A stretch of DNA of 64,000 bases from an uncultured Candidatus Rokubacteria bacterium (GCA_963754315.1 CAVWFS010000019.1:576001-640000); one strand, 5' to 3'; shown: positions 21,561-31,687, counted from the first letter of the stretch. Notes: a model not told the origin generated them from the letters alone. A program made the numbers and translations.

Positions 21561-23612
21561 CTAGGTGGCCTTCCCCAGTTGCTCCAGGATGAACGTGTAG
21601 TCGAAGGCCGATTCCCGGAGGGCGTCGTACCGGCCCGAGGCACCGCCGTGGCCGGCGTCCATGTTGATGCGGAAGAGAAGAAGGCTGTCCTCCCGCTTGG
21701 TGACACGAAGCTTGGCGACATACTTGGCTGGCTCCCAGTACATCACCTGACTGTCGTTCAGAGACGTTCGCACCATCATCGCCGGATAGTGGTGGGGAGC
21801 GACGTTGGTATAGGGGCAGTAGCTCTTCATGTACGCGTAGTGCTCGGGGATCTTGGGGTTGCCCCACTCCTCGAATTCGCCCACGGTCAACGGGAGCGAC
21901 TCGTCGAGCATCGTGTTGATGACGTCGACGAACGGCACCCGGAGGACGGCGGCTCCGAACAGCTCGGGCCGCATGTTGAGCACGGCGCCGATGAGTAGCC
22001 CTCCCGCGCTGCCCCCCTCGATGACGAGCCGATCGGCCGAGGTGTAGGCGCTCGCCGTCAGGAACTCGGCCGCGGCGATGAAATCCGTGAACGTATTGCG
22101 CTTGGCCATCATGCGCCCCTCGTCGTGCCAGCGCTTGCCGAGCTCGCCGCCACCGCGGATGTGGGCGATAGCCACGCTGACACCGCGGTCCAGCAGGCTC
22201 AGCCGGATCGACGAGAACATGACGGGGAACGGGATGCCGTATGCTCCGTAGCCGATCAGATCCAACGGGCATGAGCCGTCGCGCGGGCTATCTGCGCGGT
22301 ACACGATCGAGATGGGGATGCGCGTCCCGTCGGGGGCGGTGGCGTGCAACCGTTCGGAGCGATAACGCGCGGGATCGTAGCCGCCTCGCACCTCGGTCTG
22401 CTTGAGCAGGATCAGGCGCCGGGTGATCTTGTCGTAGTCGTACACCGACGAGGGCGTGACCAGAGACTCGTAGCGGAGACGATAGGTGGACGCTTCGAAC
22501 TCGGCATTGGCGTCCGAGGTCACGTCATACGTCGGCTCCGGGAACTCTATGTGATGGGACGCGCCATCCCTGAGGCTGGTCACCCGTAGGCGCACCAGGC
22601 CGTCCACGCGTTCGTGAACGACGTAGTCGTCGGCGAAGACGTCGACGTCTTCGAGCATCACCGCCTCGCGATGCGGGATCAGCTCTTCCCAGTGGGCGGG
22701 GCCGGGGTTGGCCGTCGGCGCGCGCACCAGGCGGAAGTTGCGCCGGCCGCCCCCGTTGGTCCGGATGTAGAAGAAGGCGCCGCCATGGTCCACGTCATAC
22801 TCGTGGTCCTTCTCGCGCGGTGCCACCAGACGCCAGGCGCCGGTCGGATCGTGGGCAGGAAGGTAACGCGCCTCGCCCGAGGTGAAGCTCCGCGAGGCGG
22901 CGAAGACAAAGGCCAGGCTGCGCGAGCGCCACACGCCCAGACGGAACAGCTCGTCCGTCTCCTCGTACAGGAAGGTGTCGGTCTCGACGGCGGCACCAAG
23001 CCGATGACGATAGAGACGATAGGGTCGCTTGGCTTGATCCTCGGTGACATAGAAGAGGACAGAGGGATCGGCCGCCCAGGCCGCGCTCGAAACCTTCTCC
23101 AAGCGGTCCGCGTGCAGGCGGCCCGTGGCGAGATCCTTCACGAACAGTGTGTAATCGCGGAACCCCGTGTAGTCGAGGGAATAGGCGAGCAGACGGCCGT
23201 CGTCGCTGACCGTATAGACGCCCAGCGAGAGAAACGAATGGCCCTCGGCCAACACGTTGAGATCAAGCGTGATCTCTTCGGGAGCGTCCGCGCTCCCCGC
23301 CTTGCGACAGTAGATTGGGTACTGCTTGCCCTGCTCCGTGCGCGAGTAATAGAAGTGGTGACCGCGGCGGAAGGGAACCGACTGATCGTCCTCCTTGATG
23401 CGCGCCAGCATCTCCGCGTAGAGGGCCTCCTGGAAGGCAGCGGTGGGCTTCATCACAGCGTCGGTGTACGCGTTCTCGGACTCGAGGTACGCGATGACCT
23501 CCGGATCGTCCTTGCCGCGCAGCCAGGCGTAGTCGTCCTGGCGGCGGTCTCCGTGCACCGAGACCACGGTGGGGACCTTGGGGGCGATGGGAGGTGCCGG
23601 AATCGGCTCCAT
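21561..23612 (-). CDS. ptrB: Oligopeptidase B (peptidase S9A)
   Basis: DDYAWLR, ENAYT, HIRGGGELG, GGSAGG nucleophile, NDSQV, AGHGGASGR. Confidence 0.93.
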   Translation of the reverse strand: MEPIPAPPIAPKVPTVVSVHGDRRQDDYAWLRGKDDPEVIAYLESENAYTDAVMKPTAAFQEALYAEMLARIKEDDQSVPFRRGHHFYYSRTEQGKQYPIYCRKAGSADAPEEITLDLNVLAEGHSFLSLGVYTVSDDGRLLAYSLDYTGFRDYTLFVKDLATGRLHADRLEKVSSAAWAADPSVLFYVTEDQAKRPYRLYRHRLGAAVETDTFLYEETDELFRLGVWRSRSLAFVFAASRSFTSGEARYLPAHDPTGAWRLVAPREKDHEYDVDHGGAFFYIRTNGGGRRNFRLVRAPTANPGPAHWEELIPHREAVMLEDVDVFADDYVVHERVDGLVRLRVTSLRDGASHHIEFPEPTYDVTSDANAEFEASTYRLRYESLVTPSSVYDYDKITRRLILLKQTEVRGGYDPARYRSERLHATAPDGTRIPISIVYRADSPRDGSCPLDLIGYGAYGIPFPVMFSSIRLSLLDRGVSVAIAHIRGGGELGKRWHDEGRMMAKRNTFTDFIAAAEFLTASAYTSADRLVIEGGSAGGLLIGAVLNMRPELFGAAVLRVPFVDVINTMLDESLPLTVGEFEEWGNPKIPEHYAYMKSYCPYTNVAPHHYPAMMVRTSLNDSQVMYWEPAKYVAKLRVTKREDSLLLFRINMDAGHGGASGRYDALRESAFDYTFILEQLGKAT

Positions 23613-23643
23613 GCTGACGGCCTACCAGTGTATACCTTTTGCG

Positions 23644-24540
23644 CTACTGCGGCCGTTCAGGCCGTTGGCCCTCCCACCAGGCGATCCCGAGCCCGCTCAC
23701 GATGATGATGCCCGCGCCCAGCCACGTCCATCCGCTCGGAACGTGGTCGAAGACCAGATATCCCATCACGGCCGCCCAGATGAGCTGCACGTAGTGGATC
23801 GGGGCAAGGATGGAGACCGGTCCCCACAGGAATCCGCGCGCCACGAAATAGTGCCCGAGGCCGCCAAAGAGCCCCAGGCTCGAGAAGAGGAGTCCGTGGA
23901 AGATACTCGTGGGAGTCCGCCAGAAAAACGGAACGAGCAAGCACAGCACCACGGTCCCGATGAGAGCGCTGTAGGTCACGCTCGTCTCGGGCGGATCGAC
24001 ACCGGCGACGCGGCGGGTGAGCAGCTGATACACCGCGTAGCAGGCCGCGCTGCCGAGCACAAGCAGGGCATAGACGTTGGCCCCCCCTCCGGTGGGGCGG
24101 ATGACGATCAGGGCGCCCCCGAAGCCCGCGGCGATCGCCAGCCAGTGTCCCCGGCTGACCCGCTCCCCCAGCATCGGCCCGGCCAGGATTGCCACGATGA
24201 AGGGAGCCGTGAAGGAGACGGCCGTGGCGTCGGCGAGGGGCACACGTCCGATGGCCGAGAAGAAGAACGTCGACGACGTGAGGAGCATCAACGATCGCGT
24301 GAGCTGGATGACGGGTTTCTGGGTGACGACCAGGCGCCAGCCGAAGGTCGGTGCAAAAATCGCGATGATGAACAGCGAATGCCCCAGGCTGCGTGACCAG
24401 AGGAGCTGGACGGTCGACAGCGAAGGGCTCAGAAGCTTGACCGCGGTGTTCAGACACACGAAGAGCAGGGTGGCGCCCACGATGAACAGGACCCCACGCG
24501 CGATGTGGGTCTCACGGGACGGGCTCGACTCAGCGGCCAC
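23644..24540 (-). CDS. DMT/EamA family transporter
   Basis: About 10 TM segments, LADATAVSFTAP, LGERV, GFGGALIVIRP. Confidence 0.9.
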   Translation of the reverse strand: MAAESSPSRETHIARGVLFIVGATLLFVCLNTAVKLLSPSLSTVQLLWSRSLGHSLFIIAIFAPTFGWRLVVTQKPVIQLTRSLMLLTSSTFFFSAIGRVPLADATAVSFTAPFIVAILAGPMLGERVSRGHWLAIAAGFGGALIVIRPTGGGANVYALLVLGSAACYAVYQLLTRRVAGVDPPETSVTYSALIGTVVLCLLVPFFWRTPTSIFHGLLFSSLGLFGGLGHYFVARGFLWGPVSILAPIHYVQLIWAAVMGYLVFDHVPSGWTWLGAGIIIVSGLGIAWWEGQRPERPQ

Positions 24541-24634
24541 GCGAGAGGCCGCCGGATCGGCGCGCGAGGGCGCCTACCACTCGTTGTCGTGCAGGAGCTC
24601 GGGCCGGGGCTCGTCCTGCTCGGCCGTCGCCACC

Positions 24635-25351
24635 TCAGCAGCCGAGCTGACGGGCGAGGTCGTTGAAGTCGGTCGCCACCACGTCGAACGCGTGCTCGGG
24701 TTTGGTGTCCTTCGACTGGTGGGGCCCGTGCTCGGTAGGACGCGGCACGAAGGCGGTACGAAGCCCGCAGCCGGCCGCGTGCACCAGATCGCCGTTATGC
24801 GCTGCCACCATCAGGCACTGCGCGGGCAGAAGGCCTAGAAACTCCGCGGTGCGGAGATACGCCTCCGGCTGCGGCTTGTAGTGGCCCGCGACTTCGGCCC
24901 CCAGCACCGCATCCCACGGCAGACCCGCACGCTTGGCCATGTTCACGATGAGTGCCACGTTGCCGTTGGAGAGCGTGGCGAGAATGAAGCGCCGCTTGAG
25001 GCGAATCAGGCCTTCCACGGTGTCCGGCCACGGATCGAGTCGATGCCACGCCCGGTTCAGGTGGTCTACCTCCTCTTCGCTGAGTCCGGAGATGTGGAAG
25101 TCCTGGAGGAGACGGTCCAGGCTCAGGCGATGAAGGTCATCCAGCTTGGTCCATGGCATGGCCCCGCTTCGCACGCGCTCCATGGCTGGCTGATAGAGGC
25201 CCCGCCAGGTGTCGGCGAACTTCGCCCAGTCGACGTGGCCGAGGTTCTTGGCGCGTCCCAGGGCCTCGCCCTCGCGGATGATACTGCTGCGCCAGTCCAC
25301 CACCGTGCCGAACACATCGAACGTGAGTGCCTTGATGGACGCCGGATCCAT
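24635..25351 (-). CDS. Haloacid dehalogenase type II
   Basis: FDVFGTVVDWR, WHRLDPWPD, LSNGN, YKP, MVAAHNGDL; AGGAGGTGA RBS. Confidence 0.92.
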   Translation of the reverse strand: MDPASIKALTFDVFGTVVDWRSSIIREGEALGRAKNLGHVDWAKFADTWRGLYQPAMERVRSGAMPWTKLDDLHRLSLDRLLQDFHISGLSEEEVDHLNRAWHRLDPWPDTVEGLIRLKRRFILATLSNGNVALIVNMAKRAGLPWDAVLGAEVAGHYKPQPEAYLRTAEFLGLLPAQCLMVAAHNGDLVHAAGCGLRTAFVPRPTEHGPHQSKDTKPEHAFDVVATDFNDLARQLGC

Positions 25352-25410
25352 ATCTCACCTCCTGAATAGATGCGGAGCGGAGCGCCGTGACGGGATCGCG
25401 TGATACCGCG

Positions 25411-26208
25411 TCAGTTGCCCATGACGAGTCCGCCATCGACGTTGAGCGCCTGGCCCGTCATGTAATCCGAGTCGGGACCGGCCAGGAAGGCCACCACGCC
25501 GGCCACATCTTCTGCCCGCTCGGCCCGTCCGAGCGGGATGCCTTTGATCCGGCGCTTCCAAGCGTCGCCGACGCCAAGACCTTCCAGAGCGCCCCATTCA
25601 TGGTCGATCTGCTCCCACATCGCAGTCTCCACCGCTCCCGGGCACACACAGTTGGACGTGATGCGATCGCGGGCCAGCGCCTGCGCGGCGGAACGTGTGA
25701 GGCTGACCACCCCGGCCTTGGACGCGGAGTAGGGTGTCATCAGATGGTTGCCGCCCCGGTACGACGCGATGGAGGCCGTCTGGATTAGCTTGCCGCGCAG
25801 TTCGGAGCCCAAGATCAGATCCTGACGTAGCATGCGGTTCGCCACCGCCTGCAGCACGAAGAATACGGCCCTGAGATTGACGGCCATGACCCGATCCCAC
25901 TCCGTCTCCGTCACCTCGAGCATCGGCTGTACGCGCACGACCCCCGCATTGTTGAAGAGGACATCGAGGCGGCCCCAATGTCGGTAGGGTTCGTCCACCA
26001 TCCGCGCGACGTCCTCGGACCGGGTGACATCTGCTTGCACCGCCCGCTGCCCGAGCTCGGCCGCGATCTTTTTCACGCCGGGACCATCGACGTCGGCCAA
26101 CACGAGCCGCGCTCCGTCGCCGGCCAGTCGGCGTGCGCACGCCGCTCCGATTCCCCCCGCTGCGCCCGTGACCAAGATCACGCGTCCGTCCAGTCCTCCG
26201 CCTGCCAT
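25411..26208 (-). CDS. Short-chain dehydrogenase/reductase (polyol dehydrogenase-like)
   Basis: TGAAGGIG, NNAG, YSASK, CPGAVET, GQALNVDGG; GAGGAGG RBS. Confidence 0.92.
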   Translation of the reverse strand: MAGGGLDGRVILVTGAAGGIGAACARRLAGDGARLVLADVDGPGVKKIAAELGQRAVQADVTRSEDVARMVDEPYRHWGRLDVLFNNAGVVRVQPMLEVTETEWDRVMAVNLRAVFFVLQAVANRMLRQDLILGSELRGKLIQTASIASYRGGNHLMTPYSASKAGVVSLTRSAAQALARDRITSNCVCPGAVETAMWEQIDHEWGALEGLGVGDAWKRRIKGIPLGRAERAEDVAGVVAFLAGPDSDYMTGQALNVDGGLVMGN

Positions 26209-26307
26209 GGCATCCTCCTCGTGGCCCGCCCGCAGCGGCGGCCCGTCATCGTCGGTCAACCCAAGAAGCTCAAGCGCGGAAGCCGGAGACTATGCGAGTG
26301 GCTGAGC

Positions 26308-27947
26308 TTAGTCTCGCGCCAACGGCGTGGTCAAGCCTCGCGCCGCTCCGCGCTCCGACCGGGCGAGCCGCAGCACCTCGACCGGCGCGTGGTGGCCTTT
26401 GACGTACTGAGGCGGCAGAGGTTCGAGGGGGGCGGCCTCGCGCAAAGCGCGGCAGGTGTCCCCCGTGACCAGGAGCGGCTCGCCGACGACCTTGGTCAGT
26501 GACTCCACGCGGGAGGCCACGTTCACGCTGTCGCCGATGGCGGTGAACTCCATGCGGCGAGGCGATCCGATGCTCCCCACCACCGCGCTGCCCGGTGTGG
26601 ATCCCGATGCCAATGGCCAGCGGTGGCTCACCCTCACTCACGAGCTTGTCGTTGATCTGCTCCAGCCGGCACAGCATTTCCCGGCCGGCGGCCACCGCTG
26701 CGTCGGCGTGATCGACGCGCCCCGTCCATTCCCCGAACAGGGCCATAAGACCGTCGCCCAGGAACTTGTTCACGCTCCCGCCGTGACCCTGCTCGATGAC
26801 TTCGACCATTTCCGTGAGAAAGACGTTGAGCAGAGACACCACCCTGGACCGGAGTCGACGCTTCCGCACGCGCCGTGAAGTTCCGGATGTCCACGAACAT
26901 GATGGTCAGCTCCTCCTCGACGCCACTCAGCCCGCGCTCGCTGGCCAGGATCTGACGGGCGATGCGAGGGCCGACGTGGAGGCCAAAGTTTTCCTCCACG
27001 CGCCGCTTTTCCCGGAGGTCGGCCACCATCGAATTGAAGCCATCGATGAGAAGCCCGAACTCATCGGCCCGCAGCTCGGGGATGCTCACGTCGAGGTTCC
27101 CAGCGGCCACGGCCTCCGTGGCCCGGCGTAGCTCGTTGACCGGCTCCGTGACCAAACGACCCAGGAGCCATGCCGAGGTCAACCCCAGCGCGATGCCGAG
27201 ACCACCCACGGCCAGCTCGAAGGCTGACGTGTCGCGGCCGGCTTCGCGTGCCACGAAGGTCAACAGGAGGAGGGAGACCACCGGACACACCCCGGCGGAG
27301 ACGATGAGCAGAATGCCCCGGGCCCGAAGCGAGAGCGCGAGAGTGCCCGGTGTCTTGGCGGGGCGGGTGTCCTGGAAGAACACCGGATAGAGCAGGCGTT
27401 GGCTCAGCAACTCCAGAGTGAAGAAGCCATGGGTGATGGCGATGAGCCCAGAGATCGCGAAGGACACGGGCAACTGCGCGTACAGGATCGGATTGAGTGG
27501 ATCGGGGCTGCGAGAAAGCGCCAGCAGAAAGACGGGCGCGCACAGACCCCACCCGATCAGGACCAGAGCCAGGCCCCACCATGGGAGGTTGATCACCAGG
27601 CGCTGCGCACGCTCGCGCCGGGCTCGATCGGGGATACTGCCTCGCATCTGCTCTCGGAATGGACCACGGAGGGAGAAGAGGAGCCAGGCCCAGATAGCGC
27701 CGAGGATCGGGTACACGGTGAGATTGAAGGCGGTGACGGTCTGCATGAAGATGGCGCGCTGCGAGGGCGTCAGGAGCGGATCGATGTTGGTGACGTTGTA
27801 CCAGATATTGATCGCGCTCCCGATCACCATCGGCAGCGCCGGGGCGATGCCGGTCAGCAGGAGCGGATGAATGCCGCCAGCTGTTCTCCGTCCCGCCTGG
27901 GGCTGGTCGACCACCCTCTCATCGTCGGCCAAGAGCCTACGGGCCAC
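26308..27947 (-). pseudogene. Membrane-bound class III adenylate cyclase with HAMP domain, two frameshifts as sequenced
   Basis: TM and HAMP region, MFVDIRNFT; NKFLGDG, GIGIHTG in a second frame; IGDSVNVASRVE in a third; switches near 26845 and 26595. Confidence 0.85.
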
Positions 27948-27967
27948 AAGGCCCTTGCGCGCCGCTC

Positions 27968-27996
27968 TTGACAGCCCGCAGGGCCGCCGTTACAAC
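27968..27996 (+). promoter_or_regulatory. Candidate sigma70 promoter for the dioxygenase-nadC operon
   Basis: TTGACA (27968-27973), 17-bp spacer, TACAAC (27991-27996), about 100 bp before ATG 28098. Confidence 0.55.
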
Positions 27997-28097
27997 GCTC
28001 GCGTGTGCATTCTGGCCCAAGGTGCAGCCTACGCCACCGCCAATCGCGGTATGGCCCATGCCCGTGCAGTGCCGCGGGCCGGCTGGCGGTTGACGCT

Positions 28098-28886
28098 ATG
28101 CCGCTGGTGGCGGCGGCGGCCCTGCCCCACACGCCGCAACTCTTGGTCCGCCCTGACACCGAGGATCGCAGTCTCGTGCTCCGCGTCCACGCAGCGTACG
28201 CCGAGGTCAAGGCGGCGCTGGCCGACACGAGCCCCGACGTGATCGCCGTGATCGGAGGCGACCACATCGAGGGGTTCTTCCTGAATTCCGTCCCCGCGCT
28301 GGCGGTCTTCGTGGGCGCCGAGGTGTCGGGCACCTTCGATCGCTATCGCTACACCTTCCCGGTTCACGAGCCGCTCGCGCGCGCGATCGTCGAGCAAGGA
28401 ATCGAGAGGGGATTCGACCTCGCCTACTCCCAGGATCTCGTGCTCGACTACGCCTTCTACATCCCGCTTCATTTCGCGATGCCGGACCCGCCCACGCCCA
28501 TCGTCCCGCTCTACGTGAATGTCTATCTGCCGCCGCAGCCGACACCAGGCCGTTGCTACGCCTGGGGCCAGGCGTTGCGGACCATCCTCGATGCGCGTCC
28601 TGAACGGGTGGCCCTCCTCGCCTCGGGAGGCCTCTCACACTACCCGGGAACCGACCGGTACGGATCACCCGACTACGAATGGGACCGACAACTCCTGGCG
28701 ACCTTGGCGAACGGTCGAGGAAGCGAGACGGTCTTCCTCACGGGTGACGAGCTGGACAAGGCGGGCAACGTGGAGCTGCGGACGTGGATCACGTTGCTGG
28801 GGGCCGTTGGTCAGGCGCGAGCTCGGGTGATCTGTTACGAGCCGTCCTGGCATCACGGCAACGCGGTGGTCACCTGGCCGGTGTGA
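28098..28886 (+). CDS. Class III (LigB-family) extradiol ring-cleavage dioxygenase, catalytic subunit
   Basis: PHTP, DH..GFF, ASGGLSHYPG, GNVELRTW. Confidence 0.85.
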   Translation: MPLVAAAALPHTPQLLVRPDTEDRSLVLRVHAAYAEVKAALADTSPDVIAVIGGDHIEGFFLNSVPALAVFVGAEVSGTFDRYRYTFPVHEPLARAIVEQGIERGFDLAYSQDLVLDYAFYIPLHFAMPDPPTPIVPLYVNVYLPPQPTPGRCYAWGQALRTILDARPERVALLASGGLSHYPGTDRYGSPDYEWDRQLLATLANGRGSETVFLTGDELDKAGNVELRTWITLLGAVGQARARVICYEPSWHHGNAVVTWPV

Positions 28887-28887
28887 C

Positions 28888-29160
28888 GTGACGCCCCACT
28901 ACTTCTTTCCTCCCGCCCGCGCGTATCCGTTGAATCGCTTCCTCTTCGCCCTGAAGTCCGACGACGGCGTGCGGGCCCGCTATCTGGTTGATGCGGAGAC
29001 GACCATGCGTGAGGCGGGGCTCGACCCGGAGGCGGGGGCGGCCCTGCGCGACTTCGACCGCGATCGCCTCGTGGCCTGCGGCGCTCATCCCTACTTGGTG
29101 TTCATGGCCGGTCTCCGTCTGCGCATGGCCCGCGCGCCCGCCGCCTTCGAGCGATTTTAG
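28888..29160 (+). CDS. LigA-like small subunit of the ring-cleavage dioxygenase
   Basis: YPLNRFLF.L, R.RYL.D, AGL, GAHPYL; starts 1 nt after the ligB-like stop. Confidence 0.72.
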   Translation: MTPHYFFPPARAYPLNRFLFALKSDDGVRARYLVDAETTMREAGLDPEAGAALRDFDRDRLVACGAHPYLVFMAGLRLRMARAPAAFERF

Positions 29161-29268
29161 TCTATGGTTCCAGGGGGGGCCGGACAGGGCCCCGAGCCCG
29201 TTGTGCTCGACGTGCTCCAGGCGACTCCGGGACGCGTCGAGAGTTGGCTCGGTGATGGAGGGTAGTCA

Positions 29269-30153
29269 ATGCAGCTGAACCCGTTCGTGATTCGACCCAT
29301 CGTGGAAGCAGCCCTGCGCGAGGAAATCGGGCCAGGTGACACCACGGGCGGCTTCCTGGTCGGGCCTGGCGACACGGCCCAGGCGCAGATCTATGTCAAG
29401 GAGCGGGCCGTCGTGGCCGGGCTTCCCGTGGCGGAGCAAGTCTTCAAGACGCTTGAACCCGGATGCACGGTCACCCACGAGGTGGAGGACGGCCAGGAGG
29501 TCGAGAAGGGCGCCGTGCTCATGCGCGTGGCGGCGCCGTGCTGGGTGCTGTTTGCTGCCGAGCGGGTGTCGCTCGACTACATCCAGTACATGTCGGGCAT
29601 CGCCACCAAGACGCGCCGGTACGTCCGCCTGCTGGCGCCCTACAAGGCACGCATCACCGACACCCGCAAGGGAGTGCCGGGCTGCCGAATCTTGCAAAAG
29701 TACGCCGTGCGGGTCGGCGGAGGACACAACCATCTCTTCGGATTGCACAACTGCATCCTGGTGAAGGACAACCACATCAAGGCAGTGGGCGGTATCGGGA
29801 ACGCCGTGGGGACCCTCAAGGCGCGCGCCCAGCACACGTTCAAGATCGAGGTGGAGTGCGAGTCGATGGCCGAGGTGAAGGAAGCCCTCGAGGTCGGTGC
29901 CGACATCATCATGCTCGACAACATGACGATGGACGAGATGATCGAGGCGGTGGCCTTCATCGACGGCCGGGTGCCGGTGGAGGCCTCGGGCGGGGTGCGC
30001 GAGCACACGGTCGTAGAGATCGCAAAGACGGGGGTCGATATCATCTCGGCCGGCGATCTCACCAACAACGTTCAGGTCATCGACGTCAGCATGGACGTGG
30101 GGGACATGAAGGCCTCAGCCCTCCGCCAGATGCGGACGGGCAGCGCGCACTGA
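29269..30153 (+). CDS. nadC: Quinolinate phosphoribosyltransferase (NadC) family enzyme, divergent
   Basis: GDTT, AER, SGIATKT, DTRK, KDNHI, IEVECE, IMLDNM, EASGG; the NHR motif reads NHL. Confidence 0.88.
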   Translation: MQLNPFVIRPIVEAALREEIGPGDTTGGFLVGPGDTAQAQIYVKERAVVAGLPVAEQVFKTLEPGCTVTHEVEDGQEVEKGAVLMRVAAPCWVLFAAERVSLDYIQYMSGIATKTRRYVRLLAPYKARITDTRKGVPGCRILQKYAVRVGGGHNHLFGLHNCILVKDNHIKAVGGIGNAVGTLKARAQHTFKIEVECESMAEVKEALEVGADIIMLDNMTMDEMIEAVAFIDGRVPVEASGGVREHTVVEIAKTGVDIISAGDLTNNVQVIDVSMDVGDMKASALRQMRTGSAH

Positions 30154-30155
30154 CG

Positions 30156-30953
30156 GTGACCTCTGCATATCTGGCGGCCGCCCGGGAGGCGGCTCTGGCC
30201 GCCGGGACCTTGCTGCGCGAGCGATTCGGGAGCCCGCGCGCGGCGCAGCGCAAGTCGAGCCACGATCTGGTGACTCAAGACGATCATGACGCCGAGGCGG
30301 TTATTCTGGCCATTCTTCGGCAGCGGTTCCCTGACCACGCGATCCTGGCCGAGGAGAGCGGCGAGGTGGCCGGTGCCGAGGGCGAATTTCGCTGGCTCAT
30401 CGACCCCCTCGACGGAACCACGAACTACGCGCGCGGTCTGCCACACTTCGACGTGAGCCTCGCCCTCACCACCGGTGGTCGGGTGATTCTCGGTCTCACC
30501 TATGCGCCAGTCCTGGACGAAATGTTCTGGGCGATAGCGGGTCGCGGAGCGTTCGTGACGAGGCGCGGGAGCGAGGAGCCGCTGCGCGTCTCCGACACCG
30601 CTCGTCTCGCTGACGCGCTGGTGACCACAAGCCTGCCCGCCCACGCCGGCGCCCGCAAGCTGCTGCACTATCACACGCGCCTCGTCGGACGCAGCTTCAG
30701 CCAGCGACGCCCGGGGGCGGCCGCTCTCGACATGGCGTACGTGGCCGCGGGGCGCTTCGACGCCATGATCCATCCCGAGATCCTGCCGTGGGATGTGGCG
30801 GCCGGGCTCGTCCTGGTCCAGGAGGCGGGCGGCTCTGTCAGCGACTTTGGCGGGCACGATCCATCACCGGAGGCGGGCAATGTCGTCGCCTCCAATGGTC
30901 GCTTTCACGGCGATCTCCTTCGCGCGCTGCACGAACCGTGGGCCGACGAGTGA
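30156..30953 (+). CDS. Inositol monophosphatase family phosphatase
   Basis: DLVT..D, AEE, IDPLDGTTNY, GAAALDMAYVAAGRFD, WDVAAG..LVQEAGG. Confidence 0.92.
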   Translation: MTSAYLAAAREAALAAGTLLRERFGSPRAAQRKSSHDLVTQDDHDAEAVILAILRQRFPDHAILAEESGEVAGAEGEFRWLIDPLDGTTNYARGLPHFDVSLALTTGGRVILGLTYAPVLDEMFWAIAGRGAFVTRRGSEEPLRVSDTARLADALVTTSLPAHAGARKLLHYHTRLVGRSFSQRRPGAAALDMAYVAAGRFDAMIHPEILPWDVAAGLVLVQEAGGSVSDFGGHDPSPEAGNVVASNGRFHGDLLRALHEPWADE

Positions 30954-31687
30954 GCATCACCGCCAGTCACGGCATCATCTGTGCCACCGACCTCGATGAC
31001 CTCGAGGCGATTGGGCGTCTCGTGAACGCCATCGACTCCGTGGAGGCTCTCGTCGGCTACAAGTTCGGCTCACTCCTCGCCCTCCGCTTCGGATTAGCCG
31101 CCGTCGTCAAGGCCTTTCGTCGCCTGACCTCCAAGTGGCTGATCTACGATCATCAGAAGGCCGGGCTCGACATCCCCAGCATGGCGCCGGAGTTCGCGGC
31201 GGTCTGCCGCGACGCGGGCATGGACGCGCTGATCCTCTTTCCGGTGGCCGGGCCTGGGAGCGTGGATGCCTTCGTCGGCGCCACCCTGAAGGTTGGCCTC
31301 GTTCCGATCGTGGGAGGCGCCCTCCCCCTGCCCGATTACCTGGCCACGGGCGGCGGCTTCGTGGCCGAGGACGCCCTGCCCCGTATCCTCGACCGCGCCT
31401 ACGCTCTCGGCGCGCGTGACTTCATCATCCCGGCCACCGACACGGTGGCCATCAAGGCGCACGCCTCCACGTTCGCGGCGCGCGGCACGACCCGGCTCTA
31501 CATGCCCGGGATCGGCGCTCTCGGTGGCGATATCACCCGCGCCTTCGAGGCCGCCCGGCCGCTCGGCAGCTACGCCATCGTCGGCCGCGGCCTCTATGCT
31601 GCAAAAGATCCGGCGGCCGCGGCGCGCCGACTCGGCGGGGAGGCGCAGTCCTTCGGTGACTCTTCGAGGAAAGGACAGCTTCCATGA
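30950..31687 (+). CDS. OMP decarboxylase/HUMPS-family (beta/alpha)8 barrel protein, divergent
   Basis: ATD, GYKFG, YDHQKAGLDIP, PGIGALGG, IVGRGLY..DP; GTGA overlap with upstream gene. Confidence 0.75.
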   Translation: MSITASHGIICATDLDDLEAIGRLVNAIDSVEALVGYKFGSLLALRFGLAAVVKAFRRLTSKWLIYDHQKAGLDIPSMAPEFAAVCRDAGMDALILFPVAGPGSVDAFVGATLKVGLVPIVGGALPLPDYLATGGGFVAEDALPRILDRAYALGARDFIIPATDTVAIKAHASTFAARGTTRLYMPGIGALGGDITRAFEAARPLGSYAIVGRGLYAAKDPAAAARRLGGEAQSFGDSSRKGQLP

